Source: Fimbriosthenelais zetlandica (Eukaryota). Taken from it: a stretch of 64,000 nucleotides of DNA. The notes below the pieces were generated by a model, which saw only the letters and a list, made by a program, of their open reading frames with translations, ran no database searches and was not told the origin of the DNA. Below, piece by piece: positions 1 through 10,865 of the stretch. Position 1 is the stretch's first letter; each line of letters starts with the position of its first letter. The DNA lies in contig OZ365116.1 in assembly GCA_977030845.1 (NCBI GenBank), positions 16,430,001 through 16,494,000 on the forward strand, written 5' to 3'. Both the position numbers and the translations under genes were made by a program.

Positions 1-410
1 TCGCTTCCTACCAAAATGGCGTCGTTGATGGACGATATCAAATCACATTATCAGCAGCAGTAAAAACAAAGCTTTTATTCATGGCAGTGAATCGCCTGAA
101 TTATATTTCCAATTGCTTTCAAATGATGCTGGGATGAGAGGGACCTTTAAGTTTGATGAGGTGTGGCAGCTAGGCTGGTTGATGGGTGGTTTGAAGGGAT
201 GGGTGGCGTATTTATGACACAACGCTCTAAACAGGGCTTCCTACGGCAAGCCAAGACTACTTGGGTTGACTGACTTCATTTGGTCCTCCCTCCTGAGTAA
301 ATAGAGCTATTGAAACATACGTTTCTGTTAGAATTTTCTCTGTGGCCATTTAGGTCAGTAAATAACATAATAGTTATATTATTTTTACACGCTTTTCTTA
401 TCTATTTCAG

Positions 411-522
411 GTTATCGCTATGCTTCCAACTAGTCACCGAAATGTTTTCAAGTACATATGTGCGTTCCTGCGGAAGCTTCTAGAGTTCAAAACCAATAAT
501 AATGTCGACCTTAAAACTTTAG
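411..522 (+). CDS. OCRL: Penultimate coding exon of an OCRL/INPP5B-family inositol polyphosphate 5-phosphatase (RhoGAP-like domain)
   Basis: Acceptor ttttacacgcttttcttatctatttcag| ends at 410 and donor ttag|gtgagt starts at 523. The 112-nt exon translates without stops as VIAMLPTSHRNVFKYICAFLRKLLEFKTNNNVDLKTL plus G. It aligns gap-free to the human OCRL segment as I recall it, [37 protein letters not shown] (19/37 identical), with the same length and the same split Ala codon. OCRL versus INPP5B orthology cannot be resolved from two exons; invertebrates typically have one gene. Confidence 0.92.
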
Positions 523-1306
523 GTGAGTTTCATTTATATACTTGACCTTTGTTAAACCTTGTCTTCCACATTTTATTGGTTTATATTTTCTGTCATATTG
601 AGTGTGAATTCTAGTCAACTTGCCGCACACTCGTGCAGCAAGCAATACGGAAATGATTTTCAATACATTGTATGTCTAGTATTGCATGAAACGTCCATGG
701 ATACAGGGAGAAATAAGCATGGAGGGCGAGGGAGTGGTAGAGGGGACAGTGGGAGAAGTAAGATCTATGAGCGGGTCATCCCATGGGGAACCTACACTTT
801 CTGTAACTAATGTATGACTGTGTACTGGAGCCTAGTGTCCTGTCTGGCTCCCTGACCAACATCCCATCAGGGAAAAATTCCTCCCCGGCTCAGGCAGAAA
901 GAAATAATACAAGAGGGATACGCTTGGTGATATCACTACACATAGCCAACACTGATTCTATTTTTTCCAAATAAAATTTGCAGAATTTAAAGAAATATGA
1001 AAGCTTTTGTGCCTGAAGACAATAATAGCCTAGATGACCCTTCAACCCTATTTTCCATGTAGGCGAATAGGAAAGAGCCGTCTTATTTTATTGGCCTTGG
1101 TTGTATTATTTGACCACTGGTCATTGATGACCACTGGCCATCCCCATCAAAGCAGGGTGATATTTGACAACCCTCGCCACCAGCGGCTTATCGTCTCACG
1201 AGTAGACCCTCTGATGCCTAACAAGGTTGTTAGCCTGGGCTCATTGCACGGAGCGTATTCATACACCCTATGATATGACTATTGGCCTGCAATGTGGATA
1301 AAGGTT

Positions 1307-1339
1307 ACAGATCCACTGACGTCTTAATACCATAAGTCC
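1307..1339 (+). repeat. Short dispersed family (consensus about TAGATCCACTRAGGTCTTAAG..CATAAGACAGTC), copy 1
   Basis: acagatccactgacgtcttaataccataagtcc. Confidence 0.55.
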
Positions 1340-4300
1340 ATCAGCCTTGTAACATGGTAGGCGTATTGCTTCATGTTTCGGGGAAAGTTTGGTGAAAGAA
1401 AAGGTCGGAGAGGCTTCATTATGTGTGAAATGAGAGAAGAACTGAAACAATGATACATGAAAAGGCCATACTGTGTTTATATAAATGTCAGAACACTCTT
1501 AACACTGAATCCCTTAAGTCAGGGACACACAGGATGTGAGTAAATGCTCAGTGCTGGGTCTCAGGACAGAGACATAGAGGATGTGAGTGAACTTTCACTG
1601 AAGATTAAGGATTCTGAGCCACTGGTCGCAGATATTACCAGATTGTAGACGATTGTTTTGTCTGTCAATATGGAATGTGTGTGAGTTGTAGTGAATGTGT
1701 GTCGCTGTCCCCCTCACACACTCTCCCATCCTAATCTTTATTGTTTCTGACAGCTCCACTAGTTCCCCATTAGGTTTAAATGCTTCCAGGAAAGCCATGC
1801 CATTTGTACAAGTCACCATTCATATTGTTCACCAAATGACTCGGGTTTCATTGCCGTCACTCGTCTATAGCCAACTAACATAGATGTCAATCGTTGAGAC
1901 CTGGCCTCCATGTGTAAATGGTGTCACTGCTTTATTCAATGAAGTGGCATCCAAAGAATCCCTGAGCGAATTAAATACCCAATACAATGACCATTTTCTG
2001 CCATAAGCTTCCACCTTAAACCTTCTGCTTTTGCCTTTTGGATTAGCTAGAATTGAGGCGGAGTAGAAGTGCTCTGAGCTACTCTTAATGACCCTGGTTT
2101 GACCTTCAGAGCACCTTCCAGCTAAGGATGCCGCCAATAGAGTGCCTGTCAAACATTTGTCAAAATTTGACGGCCGACAAAGGTCAAGATGCGAAGCATC
2201 CTTCGTCGCGGAAAAGTCAGACGTGTCATTTCCCTACCGAGATGGGCTGGATATTGGGCAATGACTTGTTTGGCAGTGGGCTGTGATTGGTATGTGTGTA
2301 GGGAGAGTGGGTAGTGGCCATGTGTGGTGGCGGTGTGGAGAGTTGTGGCTCATGTCTGTGGTGCAAGTTGCATGCGTGAGTGTTTTATATTTGTAAGTGA
2401 AAAAATCTGTATATCCATGGCGAAATGATCTAAATAAGATGGTAAAATGAATGGCCGCCTTCCCCCACACCCAGCCCTTTGATCCAGACTTTATTATTCA
2501 GCTGATTTCAAACCCCGCCCTGCACTAACGAGTCTCAGTACACATTTTAAAAGCGCCCATAAAAGAAAGCGGGGTAATAAAATCCGCAGCGTGTTTGAGA
2601 CAAAAGAATAAATTGAGTTGTTATCATTTGTGCTGATGTCATTGAGCTGGGGGCCTCGGCGGACCCACAAAAGACAAATTTACGATCCGCTTTACAGTCA
2701 TGTGCTGAGTGGGTTCAATAAAATATGATTAAAACTAGGAGAGAAGGGAACGAGAACACAGGAGATGTGCATGTTGAGGCCCAAACAAGGGTTTTATTAA
2801 TTTATTGAGCTAAGTAAATAAAGAGCAGGGTATTCAGGGCTGAACAGTCTCTAAGGGACTATTGCCATTTATATCTGATGACAAGGTTTCCAACAAAGAT
2901 ACAATTCCACTAAAAGTAAAATAGACCATGCCTTCAAACTCATCCTGTTTTAGGCTTTCCTTGGTCTTTAGACTTCATTGGATCGAGGCCCTTAATTTTG
3001 TCTAGAATTGAGTACACGACACCACCTGAATTTAATAGACCTATCATATTTGTAATTACAGAGAAAATTAGAGAAAAACGTGCCTTTATTATGTTGGAGG
3101 ATGAAGACAGTATTTTTTTTTAATGCTGATTCAGCTAGAGCAGCAAATCACAACACATTTGCTGTGAGGTGTTAGATGGAGGCCATTGAAATTCACAAGC
3201 GATGTGATAGAGCCGTCGCTTGATCTCTGAGTCTCGGGGGATCGAGCGAAGAGCAAACGTGCTAAAAGACACATTATCTGTGACTGAAAATGAATGTGTC
3301 GCCAGCACGGGCGAGAAGGGCTTCACGGCTGTTTACCCTGATAGTTCTAACAGAGGCGGTCCTCAGAGAACCAGGCAGAAAGAGAGAACAGGCAGAGTTG
3401 GTGCTAGAAAGGGGATATAGGTGGCCAGTTAGAGAATGAGAATATTACTTCTCTCAGAAGAGGTGAGAGAGAGAGAGCAGAGGGAGACGGACATATATGA
3501 GAGATGGAAATTGAGATGAGATTAATAAAAGCAGAGTACTGCTTTTGGAAGGGAATGCTTTTGGAAGGGAAACCAGAGCACGTATCTTAATCGAGTATCT
3601 CCCCACCCATGCACCTTTTAATTATTTATTTAAATGTTCTCCCCCTCTCTGCTGCCCTTTTCATTATCTCTCAGTAGACACACTGATTAACAGCCACCTC
3701 TACACCTGAGTCTCCCATTTGTAGAAAACAACCAATGTTTTTTGAGATTGAAATTACAAGAGAATATTTCAATTCTACTGTTCCACTTGAAACTATTCAT
3801 TTTATGAAAATAACTCTGGTTTCAGACCGTTTATTATTAAGAACAGAGTTTATAATTTGGTCCTTTTGTAACTTAAACTGCTGTTGTATTTTGAACTCTA
3901 GTATTTTATTATTCGAAGAATGTTATGTGATATATCATACTAGATTTGTGAAGTTGCCAAGATGGAAATATAATTATCCACTGCACAGAAAGTAACTTAC
4001 AAATGCACTTCAGAAGACGTCCCTGTAGAAAGAGTCAATTAGCGAGCATTACCTAGAAAACAGAGTCTATTAGAAATTCTAGTAAAAAGTTTCCATGCCA
4101 TTACAGCTCAGTTCCTTGACCCATCTCTTACCAACATATATATCAAACACCTTGAGAGGGAGAATAAAAAAAACTCCCCTCCTTGCTAAGCTTCCCTTTT
4201 GAATGTGCCACCAAATTAGCCGTCGGGTCTAACACGGACATCGCCCGGTGGCTGACAAGACATCCCTAACCTGGGATGAATCAGCGAGTAAGGCTTCGTG

Positions 4301-4752
4301 CTTCGCAGCCATTGTGGGCTACAAAATAGGCTTTAATCTGGAGCCAGCCAACAAGAATGGCCCCTGATTAAGTACATGGTGGAGGATTTGTAAGGTGGCC
4401 CAGGGGTCGGCCTCAAGTCACGATACAGCCACCTACAGAAGATGACGAGTAGTGGCCCGCCTCCCACCAGGTGCGGCTTCACTAGGTGGATATCCCATAA
4501 TATCACAATCAGATTTAACATATACATGTATATTATGATGACCCCTTTAAAGTGGGTAATTATATGATATGGTATTGATGGTGAGATTGGCTCTCCATAG
4601 AGAACCTACTCAGTGAAGCTGGCCCCTCCAGGGCCTTGTCTTACCGGAGATGCTCTAGCTCCCAGAACAGGTTATCAGAATTCTGTCCTCCACTTATCCC
4701 AAAGGTCAAATGGCTAATCACCCAGAGGTCTGGCTCACTCAGATTTCCACCT

Positions 4753-4910
4753 GCTACCTTGGCAACTAGTCGTTGTTATAGCAACTGCTTATTTCCATGG
4801 CAACCCCTACTTTGACTATAAGACGTTTTAGCCCTTAAAATCCACTACTACCATGGAAACCACTTGTTGATATGAACCATATTGTTACCCTGGATAGTTG
4901 CCATGATATT
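4753..4910. promoter_or_regulatory. Cluster of RFX X-box-like motifs
   Basis: 14-mers gctaccttggcaac (4753), gttgttatagcaac (4772), atttccatggcaac (4791), actaccatggaaac (4847), gttaccctggatag (4884) and gttgccatgatatt (4897) resemble the X-box consensus GTTRCCATGGYAAC. Confidence 0.5.
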
Positions 4911-6240
4911 GTTAGCCATAGACATATTAATTAAGACCTTGGTCAAAGTACCTTGGTTCAGATTTATTTTTAGTTGCCTGACTTGCACCCAAGTGCTCTC
5001 ACCCATCATTTCCCACACATCACCTCTTTTTGAACCAGGGAATTGTGATTCGGGATTTTAAGAAATGAAATGTAAAAAACAATTCAGAGCAGCCGTTGGA
5101 CAATGATGTGTCGATCAGCAGATAAAAAACTGAATGCCATCTTAGATCTCGTATCTCAATGGAAATAAAGACATCTGGAAAATGAAGTGAATGGATGGAA
5201 GCGGAAAAAACACTATTTAAAGATAATTTCCAGTCATTTACTCCAGATTATGCCTAATCAAATCATTCATTTATTGATCAATCCAGGCATATTTCCATCC
5301 AAGTCTCTGACTCCCCTGCACCACCCACCTCCCCTCACCACACACCCCTACATATAAGACCCTGTGATATGCCTACAGGCCTGACCAGCTCTCATTCTGT
5401 TGTACACTTCGTATCTCTCCACACTCTTGGTGAAAGGCTCAGTGCGAGCAGCTCCCGGGACCATGGGGACCGCTCGATCAATCCACATACTTGTAAATTA
5501 CTGGCTTATGTCCAACTTCATGTCTCTCAGGCAATGAACTATCATACATAATCTTATAGAGGCTATAGAAGGCAGTGTCTTATAAAGCTCTTCTTAACCT
5601 TTTTTTCAGCAGGAGAGGTATAGTATTTAGCAGATTTTGATGTAGGAGAGTGTATTCCAGGTATGATAATAGAGGTGTATAATAAATACATTATCACACC
5701 CGGCTCACATCTCACATTGAGGTGCACATCTTACAACTCTCTCCACATCTCTTTAAATGCGACGACAAAGCAAAGCAAATCTTTGTAAACTAAGCATAAA
5801 GGAAGTCTAAGGTTTAAAGGTTTGTTTAAGGTATTAAGATCTCGGTGGATCCTCCCCTTAAAGTTTATAAATCTCGTGGAAAATTCCAGCAGTATTTTGC
5901 TGCTACTTTTCCATTATCTCGATTAATTCAGCCGACTCTCCCACTGCCATATATCCCCCCTCTTGTGTATCAACTGGAGATATCAGTCTTGGACGGGGTA
6001 ATCCTGGCCGCCTCTACCTGGGGTGATTTTATATACCCGGGACGCCCATTGACGGTGAGAGACGTCTCCTGCCAATTGCCATTTTCTACCACTGGCTGCT
6101 GGGGTGCAGACCTGAGGGCAAGAAAAATATAAAGTTTTGTCTCTGGGCACTTTGGTGTGCGAAATAGAGCCCTTTTTAGTGGGGCAATGTGTGGGATAGT
6201 TGAATGGTGTAATAAGTCGGTGGGGCCTTGAATTGGGCGG

Positions 6241-6710
6241 GCTGTGTAGGTCTGTGGGCCCTGTATTGGGACTGCCTGTGTAGGTAGGTATGTGGGCCCT
6301 GTATTGGGACTGCCTGTGTAGGTAGGTATGTGGGCCCTGTATTGACTGCCTATGTAGGTCTTTAGAGCCCTTATAGGGCGGCCTGTGAGTTAGGTATAGC
6401 AGTGGGTCCTGTATTACTATGGGTCTGTGGAGCCCTGTATGGGCTGTGTAGGTATGTGGGCCCTGTATATATGTCTGTGGAGCCCTGTATGGGCTGTGTA
6501 GGTATGTGGGCCCTGTATATATGTCTGTGGAGCCCTGTATGGGCTGTGTAGGTATGTGGGCCCTGTATATATGTCTGTGGAGCCCTGTATGGGCTGTGTA
6601 GGTCTGTGGAGCCCTGTATGGGCTATGTAGGTATGTGGGCCCTGTATGGGCTGTGTAGGTCTATGGAGCCCTGTATGGGCTGTGTAGGTATGTGGGCCCT
6701 GTATGGGACA
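6241..6710. repeat. Composite minisatellite (38-bp units, then three exact 50-bp units, then shorter variants)
   Basis: tctgtggagccctgtatgggctgtgtaggtatgtgggccctgtatatatg occurs three times exactly at 6424-6573. Upstream are about 2.5 copies of tgtgggccctgtattgggactgcctgtgtaggtaggta. All units share the core tgtgg(a/g)gccctgtat. Confidence 0.95.
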
Positions 6711-9140
6711 GCCTATGCACGTCTATACAGGCTTGTTTTGGGGTACTTGGTGGGGTCTCCTGGACTGTGGAAGGTTGGATATTTGGAGTGGGAGGATCTG
6801 TGTGTAGATCTGTTTTAGGGGAGGCAGGTGGCAGTAGGCAGTCATGGGGATATAGCCCCTCCATGTGGGACACTGATTCAGCCAGTCTCTCAGCTTAACC
6901 ACCAAACAGGGCTCAGTCTGACCAACCAACTGTGAACCATTACTCATTCTACTGACCCCCCACTGGACACAGCCTCCAGCTAATGACCAGAATGAGAGAG
7001 AGAGAAAAATAAAGAGTGGTAGAGGTGGTATAGAGGCTAGACAATATATAGATTTAAAGCGATAGATTCAAAGGTGAGTTTGGTTAGTTATCTAGGGCAT
7101 CAGTATTCTGTTGTGAAGAACGTGTCTGTGAATCCCATCCTGTGAAGATTGTTTCACCACCCTCTTTTCACTGCATCAGAAAAATAGGTGTCTTTAACGC
7201 TTAATTCTAAAAAGCGGCACTCTTATAATTAACACAGATAAACCTTTATGATTTGTGTTAAAAGGGTTAAAAGAGTTGTAATTGTGCCACTTGCACTCTG
7301 GCGGGATGAGTGTAAGTTTTATGAGATCATTTATCGCGGATCGGGATTGTAGGGATCTGGGGTTAATGTGGATTCTGATCATTCCTAATGTTATTAAAGG
7401 GTACTTAAAGTCAGAGTCGGGGAGTGAGAGAGCACTCCTAGTCCTTATAAGATAAATCCCTCGCCTTATCCTATTCCTCGGGCTTGTTTCATAATAAAAA
7501 AGAATGTTTTATAACAAAATGAGGCAATTACTGGCTTGATTGAATTTTAACATAGATGGTGTCTTTAGATGATACTCTAGTTTTGGTGGCCCAACCACAT
7601 ATCAGATGAGATGTTGGTAAACATTGGTTGCTCACTAATCGTATGCATTGCCGCTTATCTCCTTATCTCCCTTTGTGAAATAAACCCTGCTATTATGAGA
7701 CAGCCCCCCACACTGACTGATGTACTTGTAGTAATGGCATTTGTTCTTACCTCTAAGATGCCGGGGGAGAGGGAGGAGTTAATGTTAAAAGGGTGAGAGA
7801 AGAGCCAGCCATAACCTGGCAATTAGTCAGAGAAGGAAATTAATTAGTAAAGACGAGGAAAATGTGTGTCGAGTGTAGCACAGATAGACTTAATTGTTGA
7901 TGTCGGACTTAATGGATCTCTTTCATTCTTCAGACCTCTGTGGATTGAGTCCCCAGCGGTAAAAATTGTAACCCAAAACCTCTGCTTTGGAATTGCTTCT
8001 CTAACTAAGAATTATGATAAAAATAGAGGAAGCATTAGTCAGTGAGGTTGAGGGAAATGAAAGGGGCGGATGACATATAGGAAGTGTGGGAGAGCACTGT
8101 CAATATTGAACCCCCCTGGTGGTGTGATGGATGAGTCACTCAGTCATTCTGACTGGATTTAACTCCTATATATTACCTACTCTCAAGGTAATAGGTGCTT
8201 AAACCAGCCATGGAATAGATGATGGATTTACTTGGTATTTAGATATATAGACAGACCTCCAGCTCACATACTCCTCTCCATACCACCAGTTCCGTTCCTT
8301 TTCCTCCGTTTCAACTTTTTTATACTTGTTTTTTCTCTTTCCTGAACTTAATTAAAATTGCTTACTCAACCATTGCACACCCAGCCATTGCACACCCTAT
8401 ACTATATAGCGACCCTTCATCCGATGTCAGTTCCCTAATTGAAGCAGGCCATGATAAGAAAAATTCACTTAACAGCTTCTTACAAGCATGTAGGAGATAA
8501 CTAACTGATACCATATTGATTTTCAGACCTTGTATTACTTGATAAATACCTTGGCATACCAGGCAGATTATAGCCTAATCGGGTAAGTCTGTGATGCCCC
8601 CCTCTCCCCAGGCCGTTATATAAAACCCCAGTGAATATAAGCAGTCTCTATTATACTAACACCCTCCTCTCTGTAAAGGCACCCCCGGCCATGGGGAGCA
8701 TTTCATGAAAAAATATCGTCTCTTTTACATTTCCAAAAACATCTAATATCTCATTCCTTCCCATTTTCTTGTAACTCTTTATATAAGAAAATCTTCCACT
8801 AATTTTCAACTTGAGCATACGTTTAATGTTCCTCAGTGCTAAACCAATCCATTTGGAACTTTCCGATGAAACAACCCCCCGGAAAACATCAAAGACAAAT
8901 TGAGGGATGATGAGGAAAGGTTATAAGAGGTAAAATTTGACTCTCGGCAGCGCACATGTAATGTTATTACATCCCTGATATACATGCCTTACACAAAATG
9001 GCTTCCTTCCCTCTCATGGTTTTAGATAGAAGCCAGTTTTTATTACCACTTCTAAAGCCACTCGATCTATGAGTATACGATACTGAAGATAAGACATGAA
9101 CAGGTTTTTAGTACAGTGAGATAGGTCCTAATCTTAACAT

Positions 9141-9181
9141 CATAAGTCGACTGTCTTATGACCTTAAGATCTCAGTGGTTC
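9141..9181 (-). repeat. Same short dispersed family, copy 2 (reverse strand)
   Basis: The reverse complement reads gaaccactgagatcttaaggtcataagacagtcgacttatg; 24/32 identical to copy 3 and 23/28 to copy 6. Confidence 0.6.
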
Positions 9182-9480
9182 GTATTGCTAAGCCCATATG
9201 ATTCTGGGAGGTGTTTTAAGTGTTGTTATCTCTCATGGGGAGCAGGATAAGTCATGTCAGGACGGACAGTGTCGTGAGGCACGCTCTACCCGCGGGGCCT
9301 TATTTAACGAAGGAAGAAGATATAATAAATTACACAAGATTAGTGGCATATTGGTCTGGGTTAAACAGAGAGGTAACACGAGACCTGATGGTGTGACGAG
9401 GGAGCTGTGATATGACATGGAAAGGGTCATCCCCTTCATGCTCACTAACACCTGCTCATATTCTACTCCCCGATGTACTC

Positions 9481-9640
9481 ACCTCTCTCCCCACCCCTCA
9501 CACCTACCACCCTCCCCTCTCCCCTCACCCCTACCCCCCTCACCCCCCCCCCTCTCCCCTCACCCCCCCCCCCCCTCTCCCCTCACCCCCCTCTCCCCTC
9601 TCCCCTCACCCCTACCACCCACTCCCTCTTCTCCCCAACT
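9481..9640. repeat. C-rich low-complexity repeat (cctctcccctcacccc-like units)
   Basis: Repeated ctctcccctcacccc units are directly visible. They account for three overlapping Pro-rich track ORFs. Confidence 0.9.
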
Positions 9641-10255
9641 CATCAGTCCCCATCCATGCTGAATTCTGTCAGTCATACAATATTTTGAATAGCGCACCAT
9701 TTCCCAAAATTAATCAAGGTAACCCATATTTAAATCTTCTATCCCTCCGGATAAAGCATTCAATATGTACATGATTAAACCTCAGTTGCATCTCTTGCTT
9801 TTCCCTGCGCCCTTTTCTCTGCTCATAGTATTATCTCATTCATAAGATTCATTCGTGTCAGGCCAGGTTTGACAGGCTTAACTGGAGCATTAACCCACTG
9901 TGACCTGCTGACACCCCGAGTTGTACCCGCAGTGTCACGAAGTCCTCAAGACTGTCCACTGAAATCAGACGCTCTTTCTGTGAGGCTGTCTGCCTCAAAG
10001 CTGCCTGAGTGGCTGTCCATTAGGCCTATCAGGAAGAGTCCCATCATTCTATACCTCAACTCCTCACACATTCCTCTCCCCGCTACTCTAACTTGTCCAC
10101 ACTTGAAACAACTTATATTTAATTATTTTATGTCAGCCCCTTCATAAAGTACATCATAAGTTATGGCAAGATTCTCCCAGAACTTCACTCTCTGTGACTT
10201 CATCATGGGAATTCATGATTTCCTGGCTGGTCTGGCTATTTGCGATATTAAGTCT

Positions 10256-10366
10256 GAGTTTACAAGACAATATCATTCCATATCAATTCAGGGCTGACAG
10301 ACAAAGCCGTGTCACCCACAATGTGAGGTGGCACGCCGGTATCTAATATCTTGTACTATAACTAAT
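10256..10366 (+). repeat. Dispersed repeat, copy A (partner at 41704-41853)
   Basis: A roughly 95-nt core is about 80% identical to copy B by eye, including exact aatgtgaggtggcacgcc and tctaatatct. Copy A lacks about 35 nt present in B. Confidence 0.85.
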
Positions 10367-10612
10367 ACCTCCTCTGTTCACTTGTCTAACATTTTCTACC
10401 CAGAAACTCAAAGCGTACAATATGATGAATGATTGGCAGTCTTTATTGTACTCAGTCTCGGGGTTCCTTTACGTCATGTGATTACCGTATTATGACGTTA
10501 ATTTGTCATCAGGTAGTTGCCAGTCTGTAGTAGACCGTGATTGAGCAGTAGAGACCCCGTGCTTCTACACACCCTGAAGGCATGAAACACCACCGGCGGG
10601 AGGCACGATCAG

Positions 10613-10665
10613 CTGTTACATGACAGCCCCCTGTGTTACATGACAGCTCCCTGTGTTACATGACA
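10613..10665. repeat. Short tandem repeat, 20-bp unit, about 3 copies
   Basis: (ctg)tgttacatgaca(gc) at 10614, 10631 and 10651. Confidence 0.9.
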
Positions 10666-10819
10666 ATGACTGACATTGTCTGTGACACCTCGTTAAAGCG
10701 TCAGTGAGTGACAGAGTGGGCAATATCTGACCTGCGGAGCGGTGGCGATGGTTGCTCAACGCCCCATCTGTTATCACCTGAAAGGTGTGACTCTTATCAG
10801 CCTGGGGAATGGAACCCCT

Positions 10820-10865
10820 CACACACACACACACTTTACACACACACCCATCACCCACACACACA
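10820..10865. repeat. Interrupted (CA)n microsatellite
   Basis: cacacacacacacactttacacacacacccatcacccacacacaca. Confidence 0.85.

Noticed and set aside
3135-4190. Nearer acceptors (e.g. about 3134 and 4096) tested as the OCRL terminal exon
   Set aside because: Their phase-1 translations do not resemble the OCRL/INPP5B C-terminus, unlike 32043.
6606-6947. Four overlapping ORFs
   Set aside because: By-products of the stop-poor minisatellite and adjacent G-rich sequence.
9412-9774. Three poly-Pro ORFs
   Set aside because: Caused by the C-rich low-complexity tract.
10318-10337. Similarity of gtgaggtggcacg to U11 snRNA
   Set aside because: The match is limited to about 12 nt; no 5' end, Sm site or stem-loops.
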